Below, piece by piece: positions 22,701 through 34,300 of a stretch of DNA of 64,000 nucleotides. Position 1 is the first letter of the stretch, and the number at the start of each line of letters is the position of its first letter. The stretch is from Strigamia acuminata (Eukaryota). A model generated the notes under the pieces. The model was given only the letters and a program-made list of their open reading frames with translations. It was not told the DNA's origin and searched no databases. Where the stretch lies: assembly GCA_949358305.1 (NCBI GenBank), contig OX442314.1, positions 26,970,001 through 27,034,000 of the forward strand, read 5' to 3'. The translations under genes and the position numbers were made by a program.

Positions 22701-25700
22701 TTGTAAAAAATCTGAACTAGAGGGTTGCCCAATCTCCAGGCAGATCTCTTTAGATTGGACACAATCTGCAGTTGCCGTGATTCGACTTACAAGTTAGTGG
22801 CAGAGAAATACAAATATGTCGTCGGGATAAATAATACACTTTATTAAACACTTACGAATATTCCAATACAATTAACAAGTGTATGATTGATGGTCTCGGA
22901 TCCTGCTGCGAATACGAGTCATTGCTAAACAATCGGCCCTCAATTTCATTCTATTTTTTTTTTACTTTGTTTGATTTGCAGTTGTTGCGACAGAATGATT
23001 TGTCATACACCACAGGTCGTGTAATGTTGTGACCGTATATACAGTATTAAAATGATATTAATTTAAACTACCTTTAACAACTTGTGTTGCTCGAATTCAC
23101 AGTTTAAAAAACGCATTTAGACAAACCAGACTAAAAGCTTTACAACCTGTGTATTTTTGTTAACGAAAAAAATAGTGCAGTTACCTTACCTGCCATAAGC
23201 CGTAAGAACATGAGGTAGTTTTACTAATAACGGAAATCAAGAATGTAGATGCACATCCAGCGTACTTTAGAGGCTCTAAAACAAAGTATAATCGGTCTTA
23301 TAGCTTTTATTTTACACTTTATTTTATAATTTTCTCAGTACTCATCCTAAACTCCAAACATGTTCCTGAGTGCATTTTGATGTCATTGGTAGTGTATGCT
23401 TCATCTATTGGATTAAACCCGTATTCCTGGAATCAAGTAAATGGCATTATTAATTTCGGTTCTACAAAGCCTGTATGAACCCAGAAATTCATAAGGAAAT
23501 TCTTGCTGTTGATCCCTTTTTGAGTCACCATTTATAGAAAAAGGTCATTTCCCTCTTTTCTCAGAACCCACTCCTATGAACAGGTGTGTGTCCTGAGGAA
23601 AATGAGTGATGTTGCCCTAGTTGCTATTGGCTTGGGCAGTCACATGACTTTAATGTATAAAAACATGGGGTCTTCCTTTTCAAGGCAGAACCTACAAAAA
23701 AACCATACCCAACACACAACAACCATCTCACCATCAGACCTACTTCCACTGCAAGTCAGGAGTGATTGAGGAAATAACTGTGTAAGTATAATTGTAATTT
23801 CGTATAGTTTAGAAGTTTACAAGAAGACTATTTCGGCCATAATCACATTACCTCAGTTTGTAATGAATTCGGCCTCCTGAACCTGAATAACCTCCTCCGC
23901 CTCTACGACATCACGGCGATCGCTGATGCTGTCCGAAACGAGAATCATCCGGCCCATAATCATCCGGCCCATAATTACATCCGGCCCATTCTAATTTTCC
24001 GGCCCACATACTACCAGTCAGACGTCGACACCCGCATGCCACGGCGCCATCGCTTTGAAGTTACCACACGGCAGTCCACATACAAGAGTAACACGTTCCC
24101 CTATCGGTGTACCTCCCTCTGGAACGACCTCCCTAGCGACCTAAGATACTCAATATTCGACTGCACAGCGTCCCGATGCCGTTATCATTGCTGACATTTA
24201 CACAAAAGAGTGGGCAACTACCTACTCAACCAACAAAAAATTGTCTAATTCTCAACTTGTATTTACTTCACCGGAGTGTTCTTGAAATAAATAAATAAAT
24301 AAATAAATAAAGCAAAGGAACAGTCATTGTAAGCACTCATTGAATTAGTAGCTGTTGGAACAATATCTTACAAATTAACAATGTAACTTAGTTGCTATGT
24401 AACAAATGTTGTTTATTAAAAATGAAGATGAGTGTATGAATATATAAACGCCTCCATTGCATGTTTGACTTTTCATGGGTTATGAGCCCAGACACAAATT
24501 TATTATGTGGAATATGGACTGTTTTTTGGCTGAATAAGTGCATATTGTGAGCAAAGGTTCAAAATAAGAAGTTTTCAATGAAAACTTTTCATACAGTTTG
24601 AAATGTTCCATGAGAATTAGGCCCAGAATTGATTGAGTGATAAGCCTCATCCTGAACTAATAAAGTGATAAGCCTCATCCTGAACTAATAAAGTGATAAG
24701 CCTCATCCTGAACTAATAAAGTGATAGGCCTCATCTCGATCTAATAAAGTGATAAGCCTCATCCTGAACTAATAAAGTGATAGCCTGTGCAACCTTAAGT
24801 CCTGGACTGATCAGTTGATTTTAAGTGCTATTTCTGAGGAAATGTTGACAGTTCAATTTGTAATTTCAGTTGAGTACGTGGTCGAGACAGCGCGAGATTC
24901 CAGCGGGCGGGAAATAGCAGTGGGCGAAATGAGCCTGATGGCCGCGCAAATCGTCCTTAAGCCTGGAGAACGCACGGAGGCTAGCGATGTCGTAATTGGA
25001 TCCGGTTGAGAAGCCTGACCAGAATGCAAAGAATCTGGGATTGAACCCTGAAACTCAGCAGGAAATTCCCCGCTGAAGGAAGGTATCGTATGGCGTAAAT
25101 CGTCGACAAATAAAACCTTCAAAGTCTACTGCAAGTCGTACTGTTACCAGCGGCGGCTTGCTCGCGTCGATCTTCAGCGGCTCTCGCTCGTCGGTCGTCG
25201 GCAGTTTGCTGGCGCGGGTCTTCGGCGGCTTTTTCGCGTCGGTCTTCGGGCAGCGGTGGTGACAATGGCGGTTCTTTACGTGGCCCTTCGTCTTCGTCGT
25301 CCGGGAAGGATTCACTTGATGCGGATTGGCATCAAGAAAATCGAATGAATCAATGCAAACTCACGGATCATCGGCCAAAACAGTGTTATTCAGGAATAAA
25401 GCTGTGACAGTAGTGATCAGTCTGAGGTGTAGGCAAAGAGTGTCTTTTTTCGAAAAACAATTAGGGATTTGGGCCAGAAAATCGGCCAAATACGCATGCG
25501 TGGCGTGCACCTGGCCTACGCTGTGCCTAGCATAGGTGCAAATTAGAAGCCCGCCTTAGCAACCCCCTAATCCGACACCCCGGTTGCCAGGCAACGGACA
25601 ACGGCCAAGAGCATTTGTCAAGTGCAAATAAAATTAATATTTTACTTGCACAACCAAATGAATTTAAGCAGTAATTTTAACACACATTTCGTTAAATTAT

Positions 25701-26203
25701 TTTAGAATTTTCATTTAATTTTATCCCGAATTTTCCAAAATAGATTAGACCATTTGGGGTCACAACAAGTTCCAATAACAAATTAATTGGCACACCGAAA
25801 GAAAAATACTCAGTGAGCTAAACAAATAAACGCGAATACCAACGTAATCAGTACTTACCTCAGTAACAAGTTTCATTACGGCAACATTCAATTTAGGCTT
25901 TTGGTAATTCCATACATTTTTAAGCGATGGTTTCTCACCACTGTCCATTAGATCAACGAAATGAATCTTGCATGGATCTATATCAATCTTGTTTGCATAT
26001 TCTTCTCTGAGCCTGGTCATTTTTAAGCCATCGTTACAGACAATTATATTAGGCATGTAAATGGTGTCGTTTTCTTTAACTTCAACTACGACTTTGATTG
26101 GTTCGCTGTAGTATAGCTGTATTTTCGTTGCAGTTAAATATACAGCAATTATGGTATTTGTCAATAACACAATTAAACGCACGAAACGACCAATCGATGC
26201 CAT
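19742..26203 (-). CDS. DEG/ENaC subunit unit B, intact 6-exon model (about 367 aa)
   Basis: Exons 26203-25859, 23426-23342, 23275-23190, 21221-21120, 20299-20190, 20117-19742, all GT-AG with consistent phase. Motifs YYSEPIKV, MPNIIVCN, SGTCLEF, Cys-rich thumb CGCQPTC, TM2 EIGNTFGLFFGLSLL. Confidence 0.88.
21450..22498. mobile_element. GC-rich dispersed repeat (LTR-like), related to 24786-25652
   Basis: tgtgg...ccaca ends; shares blocks such as gcgtcgatcttca.cggc, aaactcacg, gcaaagagtg and cttagcaac with the second copy; no TSD found. Confidence 0.5.
23900..24311 (+). mobile_element. 3' fragment of a CR1/L2-type LINE
   Basis: Translates NTFPYRCTSLWNDLPSDL (LWNxLP C-terminal motif) and ends in a (TAAA)n tail. 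Confidence 0.7.
24353..24490 (+). mobile_element. Copia-type 5' LTR plus primer-binding site remnant
   Basis: tgttggaa...ttttca (123 bp) followed directly by tgggttatgagccca, similar to the Copia GGTTATGGGCCC primer-binding site. Confidence 0.6.
24636..24785 (+). repeat. 29-bp tandem repeat, about 5 copies
   Basis: aaagtgataagcctcatcctgaactaata repeated. Confidence 0.9.
24786..25652. mobile_element. GC-rich dispersed repeat (LTR-like), related to 21450-22498
   Basis: tgtgcaa...ttgcaca ends and colinear similarity to the 21.5-kb copy; TSD not confirmed. Confidence 0.5.
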
Positions 26204-26209
26204 TTTATT

Positions 26210-29200
26210 TTAACTATTGTAATTTGTTTTAGACATGACTTTCTCATGTATCTTCACTATTTTACTTTTAAGGTTTGTGTTTGATTGACGAAGAGGCTGA
26301 GAATTGTATCTTCTAATTTTCTCGTACAGTCGCTTAATCAATGCTTGTCCTATTGCTACCAAGGATAACAATGATAATCCCAATGAAAATCCCAAATTTC
26401 CGCCGAAGTCTACTAACAATGCGATTGTGTCGTAGTCATGCACTTCAGTCATGACTATGAATGTTGATTCCGTTTGTTTCATTTTGATGACAATTTTATC
26501 TTTGTCAGGTGATCTGGTCATAGCTACTTGCATTAAGTATATTTGCTTTGTGCAAGGTCTTAAGCAATCACAATCTGTTGCTTTTGATGAAAATACATTT
26601 CTGTGTGTGTTCTTAAGAATTGTAGCAACAGTGGTATAATTTTTTATATCGTCGCAATTCCTAATTTCTTTGTTAAAATCCATATATGGTAGTCTGGAAT
26701 TTTAAAAAGGGTTTTGTTTGTATCGGCAATGCTTTATAGATTTCAAAGTTGTATTTCAATTCTAATGAACATATTATTGACTAACCGGCATTTAGAATTC
26801 TCTTTTTGAGCCAAACAGTTGTCGTAACACTTTCTGCTATTCTCTTCGTTTGAAATGCATCCAGTGTGTTTCGACGGTAAGAAGTTGTACTGAAAATTAA
26901 AATGTTAGTTACTACTGTAGGTGCATTCAAAAACTCTAAAACGTATGCAAAACTCGTTTCGTGTTTGAACGTGACGTCATTTCCATTGAATATCATGGGA
27001 ATGTTATGTTAATTCTCATACAATTTCTAAACACAATATCACTAAAGCATTGTCTACTGCCAGGGCAAAATAACCTTTCGTAAAATTTTCCAATTATTCT
27101 CAATCTTGTAATACCGTAGACTGTTTGCATCTGAAATTTTTTTCTATTTGCAAACTACATGTTAACGGAAATAATTTTGTACTTATCATCAATACGCAGT
27201 TTGGTCCAAACATGTAAACCATTTTCCCCTGTCAATAAACACTTGCGAACATGTGTAAATACCTGTCGCGAATGATAAGTCACCAACAACATATTGCCCA
27301 TTTCTGTTGGTAATGCGTATTCAAAAGGCATTAGAGGATTTACGGTCATTATCTATCAAAAACAAATTTAATTTAGTAACTCTACTTTTTGATGGTTATT
27401 AGCGAGATTGCAGAAGGGTGTTTGTGCATTATAAAAGTCAAGTTATATTATGTACTGTGACCGTTTGGTCATCCTAGTGGCCTACGTCACTCCACACACC
27501 GCCTGGTGGCTTAGCAGGGGAGGAGGTGAGCTGAGTGGTGTGGCGAGAGAGAGACGTTGCCGAGAGAGCCGAGGGTGAAGACGTGTCAGGATGAGCTGCC
27601 ACGGTCCCAACCACAGCAGAGACAACTGCTGACTCTGCTGCTCTCGCCACTCACCACTGTGACGCTCAGTAACAGGCTTCTCATTCTGTTGCAGCCTCCA
27701 TGAGCGCCAGAGTGTTCGTCCGACGTGACCGACCCCGTCACCCATGGGGCTCACGCCCTGTGTGTGACGGGTCGGTTGCCGGTGTAGCGTGCCTAACGGC
27801 ACCGCCACACAGTGAGATAGGTGACCCAACCCCAAGACAACGATTAAAGGCCAAAACCCAACAATCTGAGTCCCTGTCTCGTTCTTACGTGAGATATGCG
27901 TCCCTCCCATGTAGTAAATCCCCATACTATGCGGGTAAGACCATATCCAGTCGCAGTACACAATACGAATAGTCTAAAGGCAATCACAGTTTTTGTGTGT
28001 ACACAAATTAGCTATAAACTTGGATTGAATGTATTAATGACATTTTTGGATGTCCTGTGCTTTATAGGATAAGTGATATACAAGTAAATGAACTCCATTT
28101 CTTACACCTTTTTAAGTTTTACACTTTTTACCAGAAGGTGTAACTGCAGTTTTACACCATGTCAATTGTGAAGTTGTTTAGGCAATGACATTATAAATGC
28201 AATATTTAAATAAAACACTTTCAAGTCTGTCTTCTGACCGTTAGAAATGGTGTCATACAGCTTCCATTTTTCCGAAACGACCACGTAAAAGAGAATCCCT
28301 CAATCATGGACAAATCTAAAAATGTTAGTACGGTAATATATAATTGGAAACTTATTTAAAGTATAGAGGATGGAAAAAAGTTCTTTCTTCATTGAATTTT
28401 TGGCAAGTCTTTGTAAATTTTTTAAAATATTTAATACATTGGTATGAAATAGGACTTGCCATCATTGTTAATGAAGCTTTGCTGCAACACTTTTTATCAA
28501 GTTGTAACTTCTTAATCAGCAACTAAAGGACTTTTTTCTATTCTGTATAAGTTGAGCAGTTTATATTACTTGTTTTGAAGATTAAAGCAGCTCCCATTGC
28601 CATATTTTTTTCTCTGATTTCCATATGTGAATTAGTTGATAAAACGTTGCGATTGTTTCCAGTTATTTGAAAAACACGCTTCTTGTACTATAAAAAATGA
28701 AGTAGCTGACTTAAATGAAATAAAAGAACAGGGAAAATCAGAAAAAGAAAGAAAGCAACTGCTTAACTCTACTTTTAAACATGGAAATGTTACTACAATA
28801 ACAGCTGAATGTGTCAACGACAAAAAAAATAAAAAAGGGCATATTCTTTTCCTCATTGATCAGAATTGACCTCTGTTAATTGATGGGACCTGGAATGCCA
28901 GACGATCACAAACAAATCAGGCAAACAATTTCTTTGATATTATAATGAAATCAACGTGTTTGTATTTAAAGTCATTGTAATTACTTCCATAGATATGGAA
29001 GTAGAGTAATAAATAAAAATAAAAAACATACTTACCTGATATGCTTCGAAAAGCTCCAAATTGTTTATCATACTTGAATCTAGCCACAACTGAGTGTAAT
29101 TAATAGCTTTGGTAGCACTCTTTATAATCCCTTTCACTGCATTCCCACAAGAAAAAGGATTCCCTGATCGCCAGTAAGGAGCCAAAGCTGCTGTATCCAA

Positions 29201-29503
29201 TCCTACCATTATCAAACCAGGTATTTTTAATTCTCCTGTTTTTTTATACTCAATCTCGACTTTAATTGGTTTAGACAAGTAATGTTGCACTCTTCGGTAT
29301 GTCTGATAACAACAAATGGTCAAGCAAAACGTTACCGCAAACAACCACAAAGTGCGAACTGCAACGGATTTCTGCTTGTCCAGTAACTTATTCAATATCG
29401 GCAATGATGTCGTCTCGATTGAACTTGCAATTTCCTCTTTGCACAGATGCCGAATGCGTTGTTTTCTCAACTTCATCATTTTTAAATTTTCTATACGTCT
29501 CAT
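26210..29503 (-). CDS. DEG/ENaC subunit unit A2, 6-exon model with a damaged exon 2 (possible pseudogene allele)
   Basis: Exons 29503-29036, 28994-28871 (acceptor CAT, in-frame TGA at 28919-28917), 28315-28239, 27352-27263, 26889-26786, 26693-26210. Intron phases match unit B. Thumb CDCLRPC; TM2 DFGGNLGFSLGLSLL. Confidence 0.8.
27456..27955 (+). mobile_element. Solo LTR (500 bp) in an intron of DEG/ENaC A2
   Basis: TG...CA ends with 4-bp TSD GTAC; homologous to the LTR at 10199-13773. Confidence 0.8.
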
Positions 29504-31398
29504 AATCCTTGTGCTTGTGAGTATTGAGTTTATTTTCAGTAAACCTGGTAATTGAGGGCGAATTGAACGTATAATTAAGGAAAAGAGCCCGTTAATTACA
29601 ACTTGGTAATTGCACACTGAACATTTGAAAATTAATTGGGTATGCTGTCATTGGTTACGGTGCACCAAACAGAAACAATCTCACGCAATGCAGTTGGCAT
29701 GGTACCAAACTTATAATTTCTACGTCCAAAATTGAACTTTAGTAGGATATTTACGAAGTTCTTGTGCATTGGGAGAAATCCGGAAAACTTATCAGTCTAG
29801 TTCCACCATCCTGAGAATAAATTGTGTGTAAATTGTGTGTTTGCAAATAGGTTGACAGCCCAAGTCTCTGCAGCAGGGAAAATTAATAAATGTTGCCACG
29901 CTTGGTGTTTAGCATGTTTTTGGTAAAAGGTAATGTGGTATAAAAGTGATATTAAAATATGTCATTAACATGATTTATGAGGCAAACTGTTTCATGACTT
30001 TTTTGTTTACAACTTCACAACTTTTATGACTTAAAAATTAACGACTTAAAATGGAAGTTTCTTCCTGACAGGAAACTCCTTTGGTTCAAAATGGTTATTG
30101 GAAAACTCGATAAAAATAAAGAGCTATATTTTGAAATTCTAAAGAGAAACTTTTACTAAAAACGTTTGAGCAGTTTGAGCGTTACTAAACAACTTCAACA
30201 ACAAGTAAAACAAAAAAAAACTACGTTTTTAAGAAAAAGGCTTTTATGCTGCATCCTTGCGAAATTGGAATCCAGACTAAAAATTTGGCAATTGACAGAT
30301 CGTTTTTTAGCAAATAAAAAAAAACTGAAGTTCAGATCAAAAAATTATTGGCACCCTTTGAAAGAGCAGCAAATTCTGCACAGGAAACATATTTTAAATA
30401 TTCTAATCGGTTCATTTTTCATATTTTTGGTTTTTTTATGGTCGAATTCAAATTTCCCACTAAATTTGCCATGCGGTCGCTGTCTATAATCGTAAAGAAA
30501 TGTACTTTTTTTTTACCGAATTGAAAGAAAAAATACACAGGCTTGTGCAGAATAAAATTTCCAATCGAATGAGCCTGCTTTCCGAATTTTTAAATCCCCT
30601 TTTGTACCGAAAACATCAAAATTCGTATCGGGCGAAAATTTTGTCATCCATTAAAGGACACGAGTTCCGCCAGGTGGCGCTCCGGTTTGCTTACATTTTG
30701 CAGTAAATCAGCATTTTATTTTGTTTTTCCTGTCCACATGCGCTTAAAAATGAACGCCTTATATGCAAACAATCCGTAATGAATACGTTCGCGAGCATTT
30801 TTTCTTCTGCAGATATACATATAATGTTGATCCGAAATGGACAGTGCTCGAATTTTAATGCATAAAATTGAACTTTTAAAATCTCGAATTTTAGTGCGTT
30901 TGTGTGGAACAAAATTGGGATGCGGAGACATCTATAGTTCCATCATCTTGAAAATAAATTATGCGTAAATTGTGTAAATTGTCAGTTTGCAAATAGGTTG
31001 ACAGCCATGGTAATGTAGCATAAAATTGATATTAAAATGTCATTACCATGATTTATGAGGCAAAATGTTTAATTACTTTTTTGTTTACACATTCACAATT
31101 TTTATGACTCAAAAATTAACAACTTAGAATGAAAGTTCCTTCCTTCCAGGAAACTCCTTTGGTACAAAATGGATGTGAAAACTCGATAAAATAAAGAGTA
31201 AGTTTGAAATTCAAAAGAGAAAAACTTTACTACACCTTGAAATGAATAAAACATCAAACATTTCTAGATTTCTAATGTTTTTGGTTAATTTTGTGGTTAA
31301 GATTGTACTGGATTTACCAAGTTACCGTACATTACATACCATTGAACTTAAATTATTCGCCGCCAGATGCCACTAGAAGTTGGTTAATTTAATTCAAT

Positions 31399-34300
31399 AT
31401 GGCGTCAAGCATGGAAGGTCCGCTCAGCAAGTGGACTAATGTGATGAAAGGATGGCAATTTCGATGGTTTGTTCTTGACGACAATGCCGGATTACTGTCG
31501 TACTACACAGTAAGATAGCTAGAGAAATTTTTAATAAACATTTTGACTCGATTATACCCATGGAGTAATCGTTAAAACTTTAAAAGCACTTGAGTGTTTG
31601 CAGCTGTCATTTGACAAATTATCTTCATTGCATTTAATTGATTTTATTTATTATTTCGTAATTAGTCCAAAGAAAAAATGATGAGAGGTGTTAGACGAGG
31701 CTGTGTACGTCTGAAGGTAAAGTCGAAATATTTTATTTCCGATTAAAACGACGTTTTATTAATTTTTTTCCTCAATTTTCTTGTTGTTTTCATTAGGACG
31801 CCGTTTTGGGTATTGACGACGACGATGACAGCACGTTTACAATAACCGTTGATGGGAAAATGTTCCATTTCCAAGGTGAGTCAGATCGAGATTAATTTGA
31901 GAGCTGGATAAGATAAGGATGGCTGAGGGTAGTGAAGTGGCAAATTGAATTAATGCGAAGAGTTTGAGTAAAGAATGAGCAGGAAGTGTGGAAAATTGTT
32001 GTTTTCGTTTTGTAAATTCAGTTTATTCGTCTATTTTGATCTATTTTTCTTCGTTTGATTTACTGTATATAATTTTTTTTGTGATAATCTAATCTACTGA
32101 TTGGATTGTTTTATTTTATTTTATCATTTATTTTATTTTCAGTGCTGGATTTAGGGTCGATGGTGAAATTCGCCTTTTAGGAGAAAAAAATTGCATTTTT
32201 TTTTTAAAAAATTCAATTTTGTTATCAAAAAGCATTTTTTTTTTTGCTTAAAAATGCACGAATGGAATTTTTAGACAAAAATGCATTTTTTAATTCATTT
32301 CTAAATAATAATAAAAAAAAAATCAATGTGGCGTCTAAATATAATATCAAAAGCCGATTTTGCAATATTTATTTCTTCGATTATAAGACGCCATCGATTG
32401 TAAGATGCAGTTTTTAGAGATGTTTGTCTGGGGAAAATAGACACATCGATTCTAAGACGCGTCGATAACATTCAATGACATGAAATCCCAGAATGTATTG
32501 CACAAAATGGTTCCCTTTTTCAAATGGTAAAAAACACTATTTCGTCATTGCTTAAAGTTTTGCAGAAAAAAATGCCACATAAAGGTTATTTTAAAGAGAT
32601 TAGAGAAATTTTTCGTTTTTCTTCCTATGACCTTTAAAACAGCGGTGAATGTGTTTTGGAAAAAATAATTACCGCACTCTGAATCACGCCAGGCAAAATT
32701 AAATCCAGCCGTGCAAATTGTTTGTGTTTTCTCGCAATACACAGCGAAAACATTTGACGTAAACACAATACAACTTTCCTCCCATTAATTCATCCAGCAA
32801 TTTGCTGCAGAAAAAAAAAATAAAAAAAAAAATTATTATTTGTTTTTAAAATAATAATTTCTTTCAAAAAAAAAACTTTGTTGGAGGTTGAAAGTGAAAT
32901 ATTCTCTATTATTTATTATTTAAAGCAGACATTAAATTGTAAGTGTTTGAAAGTGCAAAATGTGATGAAATTGTGCCAAAAATACTCGTGGAATCACATT
33001 TTCCATGTCACACTTTCGCCTTACCCGAGTTATTGATTTTTGCTATCATATCCGAATGGTGTTGTTGGATGCGTAATTTGGACGAGCAGTCTTTTTGTGG
33101 TTCCCATCTCGTCTAAGTGCTCTGGTGGAAACATTTTACATCCAGCTAACACTTAAAACTCGCTGCATTTATCAAGTTTATAGCTGAGTGTAATTAATTT
33201 ATATTTTTATAAGTCGTTTTTCCTCATTAAACGTGCATAGCCGTGCACAAAACCGTAAAGTACAATCCTTTTTATACACACGTTTTGAATTTAGCTCGAG
33301 ATCCGGATGAACGCGACCGGTGGATTAATTCTCTCGAAGGTACAATCCTAAGACACGCTCAGTTTAACCACAAGGTGAGGATAATTTTGTTAATTTCTAA
33401 AGAAATCACATTTTGTTAGTATTTTTATTTTTAACTTTTATTAAATCTTTTTTCTTGCTGTTTATCTAACGAAAAGCGTAAACGGTCAATATTAATTACA
33501 AAAACGGAATTTAATCGTGTGGTTACTGAATGACAAATTTTTTGGACGCGCAACATGAAATTCGATTTCTGAGTTTGTCGTTTGGTTAAACTGCGAAACG
33601 AATTTTACTCGAAATTTGATATTTCCAAAAAAAATTGCAATTTGCAATTTGGTTTTTGGCAAAACAACAATTTTAAGTTTTAACATGCGTTTAAACAGGA
33701 AATGATGCCATTTTTGTTTTAAAATTGAAGTAAAGCACAAAATATTTTAATTTTTCAACGCGGCTAGTGTAAATGTCAAATTTAATGTGTCAAATTTTAC
33801 ATTTAGACCGGCTATTGCGGTTGAGTAATATATTTGTAAAAAATTTGTGTGCATTCAGTGTTTGCGTGAGAGGAAACAAACTTTCTCGTCATTTTTAATT
33901 GGCTTCATCCATGCAGTTGTGAATGTAGAAATTAGATTCTTTCCACTACTTGTTTACGCTGTACGGAGCCAATTAAATTGATTCGTCTTTACTTGGCAGC
34001 AACGGTAAAGTAGTGACAGTAGACAGGGAGTCGTCACCTTGGAAACTATAAGGCTTGCCTTAAAAATTCTTATTAGGGCTTTGTGTGTACACAATCTTCT
34101 AATCCATAAATTTCGCTGAAATTTATTTCATACTTTTTTTTAAAATACAAAACTTTTGTTCTGTGTTTGCCTACTGATAATATTGTAGTAACTGGAGATT
34201 ATATTTAATCTTTTTACCATTCTCAATGGAAGTTTTGATTCATTTTGAACAATTTCAACAATTTTGTCTAAGAATTTTTGATTTGTTTGATGTTATTTTA

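Noticed and set aside
27000..27262. Cys-containing ORF extension (RQCFSDIVFRNC) as the A2 thumb exon
   Set aside because: It follows a stop and has an incompatible phase; the better exon is 26889-26786.
29504..29617. N-terminal extension of A2 shown in the ORF track
   Set aside because: It starts at a non-ATG codon and is not conserved in frame in paralog A1; the ATG at 29503 matches A1.
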